Source: Octopus vulgaris (Eukaryota). Taken from it: DNA of 64,000 nucleotides. The stretch spans positions 48,050,001 to 48,114,000 of the forward strand of contig OX597835.1 of assembly GCA_951406725.2 (NCBI GenBank). Reading direction: 5' to 3'. A program made the translations under genes and the position numbers. Below, piece after piece: positions 1-13,796 of the stretch; the stretch's first letter is position 1, and every line of letters begins with the position of its first letter. The notes under the pieces were generated by a model. The model ran no database searches. It was given only the letters and a program-made list of their open reading frames with translations, and was not told where the DNA came from.

Positions 1-77
1 CCGAGCGAGAGGTCCGCGGGACGCGCGCGAATTTGTGTAACTATTCCATGGGTTTGTCCCTTCCCGAAGTTTGTTAT

Positions 78-262
78 TCGATGCCGCTTTGTTTGCGTCT
101 CCGTAAATTGGCGGTACGTCAAAAGAAACCGATACAGTAATTACCAGATTGAACAATCAGCAAATAAGTGCTCGGGTTTATTTGTGTCATTAAATCCATT
201 AAGACAGGAGCAGTAACCAGACCGCCGTTCCATGACTGTAAAACATGTAAACGATACAACTT
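78..262 (+). mobile_element. SINE family A, decayed 3' half
   Basis: Aligns by eye to the 3' module of the copy at 18264-18722 (cgatgc..tgtttgcgtctccgtaa..ggcgg..caaaagaaaccgata..atgactgtaaaaca). Confidence 0.6.
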
Positions 263-296
263 TAAACAAATTATATAAGAACTAACTATGTATATA

Positions 297-426
297 GGCG
301 CAGGAGTGGGTGTACTTGCTTACCAGCCACATGGTTCCTGGTTCAGTTCCACTGCGTGGCACCTTAGGCAAGAGTCTTCTACTGTAGCCTCGGGAGTGGA
401 TTTAGTAGACGGAAACTGAAAGAAGC
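297..426 (+). mobile_element. SINE family A (tRNA-derived, CORE-like), 5' half
   Basis: ggcgcaggagtgg head, B-box-like ggttcagttcc, accttaggcaag, gacggaaactgaaagaagc; same as 18264 copy. Confidence 0.85.
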
Positions 427-429
427 ATC

Positions 430-790
430 ATCTACATCGAACGGGTTCCCTCTGGCCTGAGCGTGAGTTCATGAAGAGACATTGTCGCAAAAGGCCATAG
501 CACCGGCACCAGTACAAGGCACCGGTCTATAATCCAATCCTGATAACCACGTACTTGGCAGAGAGGGACATCAAAACTGTCTCACCCCACCTACAGTCCA
601 GACCTTGCTGTCTGTGAAATTTTTTCCTCCAGCCGAAGGAGAAGATGAAATGGTCCTGGGTACCTTCATTTAGGGGACATTCAAAGGGCTTCCACGAAGC
701 AGCTGGAGCGCTAGAACTGGTGCCCTGAATTCAGAGGAGCCTATCTTGAAGGAGATTAGGGTGTTGTAAGGGAAATTAATAAGTGTCTCT
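430..790 (+). pseudogene. Decayed mariner transposase, C-terminal part
   Basis: caccccacctacagtccagaccttgct = HPTYSPDLA (mariner YSPDLAP motif); ends ERxNWCPEFRGAYLEGD*, like the mariner C-terminus; frameshifted. Confidence 0.75.
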
Positions 791-946
791 CCTGAAATCT
801 TTCTAGAATGCATGCATACATACATACATATATACATACATAGACATATATACATACATAGACATATATACGTACGTAGACATACATACATACATAGACA
901 TATATACATACATAGACACATACACACACACACACACACTCACACA

Positions 947-988
<42 letters not shown>

Positions 989-1752
989 TACGAAATGAGT
1001 TTGGAGGGATATATGGATGGACCCTGATGAAACTGCGCTGAAAATATTGCAAGATTGCATCTGCAACAATGTGCAGTCGCTGCAGTGGAAACACTTGTAG
1101 GTTATTGTAATATGCTGCAAAGAGCTATAAAATAAATATGGCGTATGTACAAGTCTCTGTACTAACTATCATAAACACACACGTACACACACATAAGCAT
1201 AGACATTTAGCCTACCCGTTTAGATACACACCCGTGCTTAATTCACAAATTCTCTTTGCGGAACGAAGCAAAGGGCGGCAGCTAGTTTCATCTGGCCATA
1301 ACTAATTCATCAGAATTGTACATATGTTCCGTTCTGCTGAGAGAGAAAAAGAAGAAGGGCGGAGAAACTTAGTGATATTTAGGCAAATTATATAAAACAC
1401 CAGACACTGTTTCTTTTTTAATTAAGAGCATATCAATATGTTACTACGTTAATCGGTTTATAGAAAAGTTATGAATAAATCAAAAAGCATACGTTTCATA
1501 AACGCGCCGGTAGGTGGACTCTGTGTGGTCATGTGACATATGGTTTTAACATGTTGTGAATCTGTGCATCGAGGGTAAATAATTATTTTCTAACCCTATT
1601 ATACACACTGCAGAGCATTCAAATTATTAGAAATACGACACTTAACACATAAGTAATTCATAAATTGAACTAGCTTCTAGCTACGCGTCAGTTATGCAAA
1701 TCGGATATTCCAGTTCAGCGAGAGCCTTAACAGTAGTGAATATATGTGTGTA

Positions 1753-1810
<58 letters not shown>

Positions 1811-1939
1811 TACTTGGAGAATAAGAAACGACGCGAGGCGCTCAGTCATACAATAACAATGTAACAAATAAAACATATGCATACATACATACATATATGT
1901 ACATACCTATATCTATATGTATATATACATGCATATATG

Positions 1940-2300
1940 AGTACAGGACACCACAAATAAACGTAGAACACAACGAGAAACGAAACCATAAAAACAAACA
2001 AGGAAACGGACTTTTTTTAACAACGAAAAGACAGCGTACAAGACAAACAATACAAGGAATATTCCCCTTCATCAGCTGCCCCTGATTCGACTCAATGCGT
2101 GTTTCGGAGGTAAGGGCAGAACACGATCTGGTCGAAGCAGTCCTTTCTGCAAAATGAATTAAATAAAATTCTTTTGCAGAAGGGTAAAACAAGGAAAGAA
2201 AAAAAGTGACAAGAACAGGACGTAAAAGCAATACAAATAAAAATACAAATACAAATAAAAATACAGTACACATAAAGAATAAAAACAGGACAGAAGAGTG
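1940..2300 (-). mobile_element. Penelope-like terminal fragment with hammerhead-like motifs
   Basis: Minus strand reads cGAAACacgcattgaGTC...gcagCTGATGAagggg (2065-2106), followed by a T-rich tail ending at a TA microsatellite. Family assignment is inference. Confidence 0.4.
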
Positions 2301-2937
2301 GCAAGTATACACTCTTTGATGATTTGTTCCAAATAGGACCGTAATTGTGCTTGTGGCATATTCGAACCTCTACTCACCGTATTTTGCCAGGGGAAAATTC
2401 CTCACTGTGCACAAAATGGTGTATACAGACCAAATCACTTCGAAGCGACCTCTAGCCAGGCTGATGGAAGCATGCATTTTGGACTGATAATGGTTATCAA
2501 CTCTCAGATACCTAAATGTGGAACGCTAAGAACTGACACGAGGTGGGTACCTCTTATTATATTCCTCTCATCGTACTATGGCAAATCGGTGGTTCGCTGT
2601 AAAGAAAATACGGGATAGAAGCGCTAAGCAGTGATACGTATGAATACAAACTTGTTACCGGTTCAAATAGGCTTGTGCTAAATTCGTACCCGCAAGAAAG
2701 CCAGTCACAGTACTTTGTCTTGGAGAAAATTTTTTTGCTGTTGACAAACAGGTATAAACGCAGCAAGTCAATTCGAAGCGCCCTCTGCTTAATGTAATAC
2801 GAGTCAACTAACGTATTCTAAGCGAATCTGTTCACACGTTAATGCTAGATCTTGATAAGCTTTCTCTCTCCCTCTCTCTATCTCCTTATACAGTGATTTA
2901 CATCCAAAGTTCCCTGGTCAGCCTCAGAATTGTGATA

Positions 2938-2980
2938 CATCACTGAAGAGGCACAATTAACCCGAAACATCTGTAAGAAG
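2938..2980 (+). ncRNA. Degenerate minimal hammerhead motif
   Basis: CTGAAGA (2943)-gg..cc-GAAAC-atct-GTA; near-palindromic stem III acatctgt; stems I and II partly decayed. Confidence 0.5.
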
Positions 2981-3315
2981 ATTCTAGATTGTTGTTCAGT
3001 TTGCTTAAATGAAAAACAGCAAGTTTTCATATCATTTCAAATTACCAGGGTTAATCTTTCAAATATCTCTTATGCCTCTCTCTCTCTCTCTCTCTCTCAC
3101 TTTTTCTCTCTCTCACACACATGCACGCACTCATACACACACATATACACACACATATTATATACATGCATATATCTCCATATATGTGGTTATATAAAGA
3201 AAGAATGAAATGAATCTGTTTTAATCTCTACGCGTGTATGTGTAGAGGGTTATGTATATTTGTATTATGGTTGTGCGTATGTATGGAGGAATGTATGTAT
3301 GTATATATATTATGT

Positions 3316-3351
<36 letters not shown>

Positions 3352-3356
3352 CATAC

Positions 3357-3389
<33 letters not shown>

Positions 3390-3557
3390 ATATATGTTTA
3401 TTTATTTCATTTATACACACATGAATACATACGCATACATAAATAAGTGCATATTTGTGCGTATATGTGAATGTGTCTGCTTGTTCTGTGCCAATGTATG
3501 CGTATATACATCTCAGTACATATTTAATCATATAAGCTCAAATATTTCCTACCCGCC

Positions 3558-3619
<62 letters not shown>

Positions 3620-3932
3620 CATGAATATACAACGCATTTATACATTTAATATTAATATTAAAATATTTGGCATTTTATACTCGTAAAATGATAGGCATTT
3701 AAGTTCGGTTATGAAGACTCGTCTCATTCCAACATTTCGTTTCTGACGTATTTTGCTACTTATAATTTAAAATTAATAATTTAAGTCAATGAGGTTACTC
3801 TAATGTGGTCTTGAATCCTGCTAGAAATAGCAATAAAAAATTACACCTTACCGCCCGTCTTAAAGCAGAACGATGTAATCGTAGGTATAGGAAATATCAT
3901 TAGTGATAGTCATGGTCGTACGACTTTGATCA

Positions 3933-4250
3933 TATGAGTCTCGGTTGAAAAGTTTACACAATGACCAAGATGCTCTCATGGAATGTGACCAAATGGGATT
4001 TATTTTTCAACATAGTCCTCCTGGTGGTCAACAAATCTTCTTCCATTGGTGTTGCAGTGCTTGGTTACCATTGATGAAGATTTCACCTTGTGCGGTTAAA
4101 AAAATACCATCAACAGCAGGTATGATATCATCATCCCTGCCATTCTGCTTCCCTGTCGAGTGTTTTTTTTTTTTTTTTTCATGTTAGGGGGCGGGCGGTT
4201 ATCAGATGGGGCCAAATCAAGAGAATAGGAAGGTTGATCAACCAGAACCT
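3933..4250 (-). pseudogene. Decayed mariner transposase 3' end plus TIR
   Basis: Minus strand gives QPSYSLDLAPSD (YSPDLAPSD motif) and a W-K-K-I-C..G...K C-terminus; terminus resembles tatgag..ttgaaaagtt TIR. Confidence 0.75.
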
Positions 4251-4308
4251 AAATAGCCACATGAATCACCGCCAAGTATTTTGCACTAATCATTCTGCAA
4301 GTTCACCG

Positions 4309-4389
4309 CGGTACTGTTTCTACGCGGATTTTCACCTGTCGCGGAGGGTTTTGGAACCTAACACCCGCGAGAGGCGAGGGATTACTTTA
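4309..4389 (+). mobile_element. 3' half of the Tigger-type MITE seen intact at 28704-28911
   Basis: gtactgtttctac..ggattttcacct..ggttttggaa..taacacccgcga..cgagggattact shared with the 28704 copy. Confidence 0.8.
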
Positions 4390-4529
4390 TAAGTATTTTG
4401 GAATACTGGAAGTTGAGAAAATCAAGCATTTTAAAATGAAGTCAATGGAAAAAATCCAGGGATTAAAATCGATGTTAAACTAAAAAATTAAAAGGAAGAA
4501 ACATAATGTTTAATAACGTTCCTTTCTGT

Positions 4530-4712
4530 TATAGGTATAAGTTCGAAAATTTTAGGGGAGGAGTCTAGACGATTACATTGAACACCATTATATGACTGGT
4601 ACTTACTTTATCGACCCTGAATGAAGGGAAAAGTCGTCCACAGCGGAATTTGAACTCAGAGCGTAAAGATGAACGAAATGCTGCTTAGCGTTTTGTCCGG
4701 CGTGCTAATCAT
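4530..4712 (-). mobile_element. SINE family B (MetaSINE-like)
   Basis: ctggtacttactttatcgaccc..gaagggaaaagtcg..gcggaatttgaactcagagcgt is the reverse complement of the 13797 copy. Confidence 0.8.
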
Positions 4713-4914
4713 CACTAATCTTTGATAAGACGATAAGCTCAATTGTGAACTATGTTGCGCTTATCTTGAATTATTCTGTGATAACACGGTTCAGCAGTCA
4801 ATCGAACATTCAGTTTGTACCGCAAGAACGTGCTCCAGTCACTACCCCCAATGCCCAGCAACCCAGAATGCATTGTTTATCACTTGTGTTTACATTGCCA
4901 TATTAAACGGGTTT

Positions 4915-5290
4915 ATCTAATGGTACCTGTCAGTATAGGATCAGTGAATAGAACATTACAGAGGCGCTTGATCTCATCAAACGACACAGACGGTTGTATT
5001 CTCGGAATGAAAGATAGAAAGGATCAGCGAAATTACATGACAGAAGAAGCTTTGCTGCTGTGGGTCGCTACTTGGGTGTCAATGAATTTAATTCCATTTT
5101 GAAAATGCGTGAAGATGCTTCAGTTATCACTGTCTTTTTTTTCTTTTTAAAGCCAGTGTCCTTGATAAACGAGAATAGATGTAATAAGTGGATAGAATCA
5201 AGAACGAGATACAAAGCAGAGATACTCCAATGCAATTAGGAAGAACTGTTACAGTTGATGACGATTCCTGTGGTATTACACCCGAAATCT
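4915..5290 (+). pseudogene. Decayed pogo/Tigger transposase N-terminus (HTH-psq/CENP-B-like)
   Basis: One frame reads KLHDRRSFAAVGRYLGVNEFNSILK, resembling the Tigger psq helix-turn-helix; a Tigger-type TIR lies nearby. Confidence 0.45.
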
Positions 5291-6001
5291 TGCACTCGCA
5301 GGTTTTATGTGCCCTAGAAATGCGCCCGTACTCTGAGATCGAGATATTTTCCAAACATTTCTACCACCATGGTCGATTCGGAAAAGTGAAATATGCTTGC
5401 AACTTACAGGTCACGACACCCGGATATAAGGTCGTTAACCAGTTACCCTAGCTTCCAGTCTGACTCAACGCTACTCTTTATATTTCTATAAAGTTTCAGA
5501 AAAATAATGAAAAAAAAAAAAAGAGTGGTAATCTGAGATTCCTGGCAGAGAGGATATCTTTCAAAATTGCTTGATTCTTCTTTTTACGAAAAATAGCCAC
5601 GGGAAATAGGCTCAATCCCAACTATTTCCATAAAATGATATAAATTTCCGGTGACACTTTCAACAGAAGTCTTTCTTCTGGTGCCATGAAAATAGGCTCC
5701 CTTAAACCCTCTTTTTTTGTTTAGGCACAAAAACAACACATTTACTGGGGTGGGTCGGTTGAGTTTATTAAAACGGTCGCTGTATTTGCCAAATACTAAT
5801 CTTATCCAGAAAGGATGAAAGAAAAACCCTACATCTCTTTGTTTGCTTTGGTATTGATCCCGTAGTTATTAACTACTGATACAAACTAATTAGTTGTGCC
5901 ATATTTCTGGCAACAAAACCATTCAAAACCCCCATTGGACCTTTCTTTAACTGCATTTGTTAAAACTGTTTCTCGTCTTTAATGCTCTATGCTTGTCGTT
6001 A

Positions 6002-6062
<61 letters not shown>

Positions 6063-6064
6063 TC

Positions 6065-6104
<40 letters not shown>
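6002..6104. repeat. Compound (AGT)n(TGT)n microsatellite
   Basis: Directly visible. Confidence 0.95.
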
Positions 6105-6106
<2 letters not shown>

Positions 6107-6334
6107 TGGCCGGGTCATCCTTGATAAGAGAAACTCATAATAAGTGACACTCCAGTCGTAACATTCCGATTTTTGCTGGCGTGTCTTGTGATTCATTGCC
6201 AAATATATCCCTAGGACGTTCTGGTCTGATTAGAGAGACATTTGGCTGTCGAGGGACTACAGAGACGTTCTTTAAGTTGTACAAATATATGAAGACTGTC
6301 ATGGAAATGAAAGACCTCAATTGGCAGCGTGTGG

Positions 6335-6660
6335 TTAGAGGAAGATTCGGTTGCTATTTATTTGAGATCGAATGATGTCCATGTAGAATTTCTCTCATTT
6401 ACTGGTGCAAATATCCGAAGGCGTCATTCATCAATAATTAAAGATATCGATCGTATGTTATGATTTGAAGGATATGTGACTGCTATTTGTAATACAGCGA
6501 ATGGCCTCGTATACAGATCTAGCTGCTATTTCTAAAAGATCGAGCGATCATATACAGTGTAATTTGAAGGAGATTTGGTTGCTATTTCTAATAGATCGAA
6601 CGATCACTTATGGACTCCATCTTTCATTCGTACAAGAATTTTCAAATAAGAGGTGTCAAC
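6335..6660 (+). repeat. Local cluster of about 4 copies of dispersed motif family C
   Basis: Repeated tgatttgaaggagatttggttgctatttcta..gatcgaacgatca. The same motif recurs near 3818, 17260, 27400, 39955, 42140, 45720-46580, 48115, 48495 and 61130 on either strand. Confidence 0.75.
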
Positions 6661-7313
6661 CATCGGAGCTGACTGAATGTTCGAAATAGGGGTAGTTGAT
6701 TACCCTGAGCCCATAGCTCAACCAACACTTGTTTCAGCAAGCTCAAGAGAGTGGAAAGCATATTTGACGTCGATGTCAGTTGAACCAGATCGCAAAGCCG
6801 GGGGAAAAGCCGCTGTGCAGTTTGTCCAGAGTGCTAGCGACTCTACTTGCTCGCTGCCCTTATCTTCTAAATACCCTCACAGTTCTAAATAGCTACATAG
6901 CACAATAACAAAATGATCACATTCGATGGCCGCTTAGGGGATTGCACATTATACATCCTCGGAGGTGTGCAATTTCCAGTTGGCTCCAGTGAGGTTTGAT
7001 ACCAGTAAAGACAATTTAAAGCTGTGAGAATTATGGTACCATACTAAAATTAACCTATACGCAATGAATAGTTTGGGGAAGACTATAGTTGCTTGCCATC
7101 ACTTCGATCGATGTAAGTAATTATTGAGGCAAGTAACCATCATTGGCAGCTTGAATGTTTATATTTCCATCCAGATGTTAATGGATGATGGAGAAGTATT
7201 TTGCGTTCGCTCGAAGTTTCTAAATTCGTATGACGTCAACAATACACATACACACAGATACATATTTGCGTGTGTGTGTGTGTGTGTGTGTGTGTGCAAA
7301 TATGTGCGTGTGT

Positions 7314-7676
<363 letters not shown>

Positions 7677-9274
7677 TATTTGAAACTGAATAAAGTTGGA
7701 GAATGAAGCCGAAGTCTTTCGAACTTGTTTACGACCACGCTTAATTATTTTTAATTAGCCATAAATCGTTATTCTAAAATATATATTCTTCAAAGATATT
7801 TAATCAATGTTGTCAGGTTGAAAGACAATCGATATGGCTACGATGAATTCTATTTGTTTACATTTATTATTTAATTCTTTTCTTGTAGTTGTTGTCGTTG
7901 ATGTTGTTGATGTTGAAAGTATTTTATTCAAAGGCAACCGTTGAAAGATCCGATAGAACTATTATCAAAGACGTTCCAACAGTGAACATCCCGTCATTTT
8001 ACTGATATAGGCAGGATGATATCCTCGTGTTTGTTGTTATTTAACAACTCTGGAATGACATGTATACAGTTTCACCTATGATGGCAGCTACATTCGGGAA
8101 TAATGTCTCTGAAGGTTCGACCTGTTTTGAATATGCTTTTTTTAATTAAAAATTTTTTTTTTACATCTAATGTAAGGCACACAATCGCGGCGATTGTTTG
8201 TTTAACATTCACAATAATTTCATTTGATTCAATAAATCTAGGATTGTTGCTAGACTGCAGGTTCTTTCGAATCTTGATAATCACTCGTTTTGTGTGACAT
8301 CCAAATAATATAAAGAAAGGCTTCGAACTCGGGCCTAAACACGTGGATCCTATCAAGTGACATATTCTAATCGTTAGGATATTTTCAGGCCAGAAGAATC
8401 AGTAATATCATGCAAGGTAACACAAAAACTGTCGCTGGTTTAGCATGATATATTTTTGCTTCAGCCCTTTCCTACAGAGTAAGGCTACCAATAGCCGCCA
8501 ACGACAAAAAGAAAATGGATTTTAGCAACTTACGTTACGCTAAGTTGCTAAAATCGAAGAGGTACACTGAAGATATCGTAGAAGTGGAGAGTTAGAATAT
8601 AAACAACATTCGAATTAAAAAAGAGTGCCGCCCATTCATAATCGCCATGAAAACGTGGGGCCCACCAATAGTCCCCAGGCATTGATGAACCCGCCGTTAA
8701 TTAACCTGATCGTTTACCAACTCAAGCCCTTCCATGGCCCAACTCCCTACAGCTACTGACTTGTCGTTGACCATAACTCCCCGTCCTAATATCCCTTGAT
8801 TATATCCCGCTAGGTTTCCATATATATTCCGAAATGTATTTACACATGTATATATGTATATTTTATATATAACTATCTATTATTTATTACACATACACAC
8901 ACGCGCATGCATACGTACATACAAGCGCGTGCACACACATGCACGCGCACACGCTCACTCACTCATGCGCATATCTATGTCTAAAAGAGGAAGACGGCAA
9001 AGCCGGGTGGACGAAGATGTCCCAAATGGCCGCTGCAAGTCAGATTTAAGGAGATGGTGTCATACATCAATAGCAATACATACATATATATATGTACGTA
9101 GAACATATACATACATATACATACAGCCACATACACACATACATATATATATATGTATATTTACATTTATCTATTTATATATATGAGTATATATTTATTT
9201 ATATCTGTGTGTATATAAATTATATATATATATATATATATATACATATATGTGCATGTACCTATGTAATTATA

Positions 9275-9319
<45 letters not shown>

Positions 9320-9719
9320 GTGTGTGTGTATACATACATATATAAATATATATATATATATAGCATCCATATACATAAGCACTCAATCTCATACAAGACA
9401 TTCAGACACATACATACACACACACATACATACATACATGCATACATACATACATAAAGAAAGACAGACATGTAAAGATATACACACGTACTTATACTCA
9501 CGAACGCTTGGATGTGGTACTTGCGTGTGTTTCGAATGGAAGTGCGTATATAATATATTTGCAGGTTTGCTTGTGTGTGTGTGCGCGCGTGTGTTTCTTT
9601 GAGGGTGTATAGTTTCATGTGTGTAAAATGTAAACGCTTGAATGCTTCGGTCTTATCCTTCAAACAAACTTCTCGTCAAAGTCTCTCTCTTTGTTTTATT
9701 TTAAACGGTTTTTTGTTGA

Positions 9720-10139
9720 TGAATGTAAGTTTTGATAAAGGAAGAAGTTTGAGAAAAACTGAATGAAAGAAACGGTGGTAGAGAAGAAGCAAGAAGATGG
9801 GAAGAGGGAAGGAGAGGAGGTGAGAAGAAGAGTAAGGAGAACGGAGAGAGAGGAGAACGGAGAGAGAGGGAGAGAGACAGAGACAGAGTGAGAGATAGGA
9901 GAGATTCAAAGAAGCTAGAGAAAGATTGAATGAAAGAAACGGTGGAAGAGAAGAACGAGTATCAAGAGAGGGAGAAAGACAGAGAAAGAAAAAGGAGGGA
10001 GAGAGAACCAGAGAGTGGCAACAAGAGAGAAGGAAAGAGAGCCAGAAAGAAAGAATGAGAGAGAGAGGGGAGGAGAGAGGAGGTAAAAAGAGAGTGAGGG
10101 TGCGATAGAGGAAGAACTAGAGATGGAGAGAGCGAATTT

Positions 10140-10174
<35 letters not shown>

Positions 10175-10661
10175 CATTTCTAGAGGAGTAATTGAAAAAA
10201 AAAAATTAAAAACTGAGAGAGAGAGAGAGAGAGAGAGATAACATGGTTTGCCTGAAAGAGAGAGCGAGAGAAGCTTATGAGCGAGAGAATAATTTGTAGA
10301 TAATATAGAAAAGGAAGAAGAAAGAAATGTGAAAGTGAGAGAGGTTTGAGAGAGAGAGAGAGAGGGTGAAGAGTGAGACAGAATGAAAGAGTAAGAGTAA
10401 GGAATAGATTGTATAGAAAGGAAGAAAAAGATAAAGAGAGGAGAAAAATGAAAGTAAAAAGTAATATAACTGTGTATGGGAGCGTGAAGGGAGAGATAAA
10501 GAGAGGGAGAGAGAGGAAGAGGAGAGAGACACATAGAAACAGAGAGTGATAGTGTGAGAGAAAGTGAAAATACAAGCAGGGAAAAAGAAAGGGAAAGAGC
10601 GCCTCTGTGTGTATAAGAGGGATAGAGAGAAAGAGGGGGGGGAGGGTGTAAGTGACTGACA

Positions 10662-10706
<45 letters not shown>

Positions 10707-10760
10707 CCAAAGAAAGAGTGACAGAGAGAGAGGGGGGAGAGAGATGAAGAGTTAGGAAGA
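9720..10760. repeat. About 1 kb purine-rich GA low-complexity tract
   Basis: Plus strand dominated by A and G, with (GA)n runs. Confidence 0.9.
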
Positions 10761-11220
10761 AAAATTCTTCGTGTTAATGATGTCTCCCTTGATAAAATAC
10801 GTAGCTAAGTTCGTTATCAAGGGACTAATTAATTATGTGAGCGCGTGTATTTGTGGGTATGTCGATGGACACATGTATGTATAAATATATATGTATATAT
10901 ATATATGTGTGTGTGTGTGTGTTTGTGTGTGTGTAGGTATGCGCATCTATGTATGAATTTCTATATCCGTGAATTCATATTTATGTATTGTATATCTAAA
11001 TGTATATGCTAGTATAAATTTACACACACACACACACGCACACACACACTCACGCGCACACACACACATGCACACACACGCACACACACACACGCACATA
11101 CACACTCATGTATACCTTTCCCTCTTACTATATTTACATACACGCATATATGTGTGAGTATATATATGTATGTAAATATATTTATATACATATATATACA
11201 CACACACATATATATCTGAG

Positions 11221-11270
<50 letters not shown>

Positions 11271-11684
11271 CATATACATATACATACATATAAATACATA
11301 TAAATAGATACATTGAGACGTACAGACACACATGTACGTGTGTCTAGCTGGCTATCTGTGTGTGTGTGTGTATAAGCTAGACCAAGCAAACATCCACACA
11401 CACACACACACAAACACAAACACAAAGCTAGTTATATACTCTGTGGTTACTCGGAGTATTGCTTCTTGTGTTCTTTGAGAAAGGCTTGAGCATGTGCAAA
11501 TTCGCCGGGTGGGAACACATGAAGCGCGGAGAAAACTCGATGGTCTCATCGACCATTTTTTCTGAACAGATTCCCTACGAAATCTGAGTAGATACATGTG
11601 TGTGTATGTGTGTACGTGCGTGATTGTGTCTGCGTACGTGTGTCTTTGTCTGAGGCGAATGTGTGTAAGGCACGGGATGAAATA

Positions 11685-11908
11685 TATATTTCACATTTTG
11701 TCGCGAGAGCAGCACTTTAGGGGTGGGGGGCAGATAAGTGGATTGTATCAACCCTTGTGTTTAACTGATAAATATTTTATCAACCCCGGAGGGGACGAAA
11801 GGCAAAGTCGAACCCCGGAAGAAAGTGAACTCAGAACGTTAAGACGGAAGAAAATATTGCTAAGCACTTTTGCCTGGCTTGCTACCGATTCTGCCAGATC
11901 ACCGCGTT
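11685..11908 (-). mobile_element. SINE family B
   Basis: ttttatcaaccccgga..gaaaggcaaagtcga..gaactcagaacgt..gattctgccagatcaccgc. Confidence 0.85.
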
Positions 11909-12114
11909 AACGGCGTGAATCTATATTGATAGATTGATTGATGGTTTGCCAGACTAGATAACTGTTTTTGAGTGTTTGTGTGTGTGTGTGTGTGTGTGTT
12001 TGGTCTATCTAAACGTGTCGTTAATGTATTGGTATTATAGATTAGGTTGTTAATTATAAATAATGACAGTTAGTGAGGTATACTGACAGGGACGTACGTG
12101 TTTATATATCTTTA

Positions 12115-12179
<65 letters not shown>

Positions 12180-12636
12180 CCACAGGCAAACACGCGCGCA
12201 CACACACGCGTGTGCATGCATACACACATACACACACTCATATGTCTACTGATTTCAAGTCATTCTTCTGGTGAAAGTAAGTTATATGTATCGATTATGT
12301 ATCTTTCTTTCTCTCTCACCCCAATCTCTCTACATATATACGCATTGCAAACATAAATATGTATACATACACACATGTATATGCATGTATGTATGTATAT
12401 ATGTATATTGATTTGAAACTATTGAATTGCGAGAAGAGCTTGTGTGTGTGATTTTGTATCTATTTTCCTATCTTTTCATGTCTCTCTCTTCCTTCCTCTC
12501 TTTCTCTCTGTATAGGTGTGTGTGTGTGTCTCTGTGTGTGTGTGTATCTTTGCATTTAACACACATATATATATATACGTGTGTTAGAGGAGAGATTCAT
12601 ATAGATCGATAGGTAGCTATACATCCAAATACAGAA

Positions 12637-12711
<75 letters not shown>

Positions 12712-12808
12712 CATATGTATATATATATATGTATGTATATATATCTGTATATATGTAGATATACTATATGTACATATACACATATATATGTATATATATG
12801 TATATATA

Positions 12809-12851
<43 letters not shown>

Positions 12852-13654
12852 ATGTATATCTATCTGTCTATCTATTTATCAATCTATCATTTTATCTACG
12901 CGTGCGCACGCACACACGCACACACACGTACCTCCACTCGGTGTAGCACAGATATATTACGTATGACACCGCAATGCTAATTGCAGAAACCAAACAAATG
13001 ATGTCTATCTAGAAGTGATATTAAATGGTGGTGTATTTTAAACGCAGCAATGAAAAGACCAACCCCAACACCGCCACCACCACCACCAAGGCCACCACCA
13101 CCGCCACCAACACCAAGGCCACCACCACCGCCGCCACCACCACCTGTATAGCAAGGAAACAATAAATTTGACCACAGACTTTAATAGACAATTGTTATCT
13201 CGCGAAACCAATCAATTGAAATTGTTCATTCTTAGTCAACGTTTCAACTCTTTTCCAAAAGCTATTATTTCTCTCAGATACAACGCTGCTCTTTTTAAAA
13301 GAGACAGAGATAAAGCGATGAACAGGCCAGTGGCATAGATTACAATGGCCAAAGCGAAATTACATATGGGGTACAGGGAATATGTCGGGAAAAGAAAGTT
13401 AAAAGATAAAGGCTTGTTGAATTTCCGCTGGTTTTGTGCGGATTCTAAAGATGGTTTAAATGGTTGGGTGGTGTGTAAGATGAGGATGGAGTGTCTTTCC
13501 TTATTTGGTTATATTGTGTTTGAAACTCGCTGAAGTCTAATTTTGTCTTCTATCCTGACGATGTCGATTAAATAACTAAAAAAAAAACATATATATATAT
13601 GTAAAGGTAACTTGGAGTGTATTATCCACACACACACACATATATGTATATACG

Positions 13655-13743
<89 letters not shown>

Positions 13744-13796
13744 ATTTATATATATACACATGCACGTATTGGCCATATATATATTTGTTGTCATTA

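Noticed and set aside
1020-1052. CTGATGA..GAAAatatt motif
   Set aside because: No stem I, a broken stem II and no convincing cleavage triplet.
6335-6660. Repeat-spacer-like pattern suggesting a CRISPR array
   Set aside because: Eukaryotic context, degenerate repeats, irregular spacing and no cas genes; it is a dispersed repeat cluster.
11440-11595. Unique island with short minus-strand open frames and stems
   Set aside because: Weak splice signals, no recognisable homology and only short stems.
11665-11685. taaggcacg (miR-124-like start); also tggaatgtaaa near 57033 (miR-1-like)
   Set aside because: Only the first 9-11 nt match, and no hairpin was seen.
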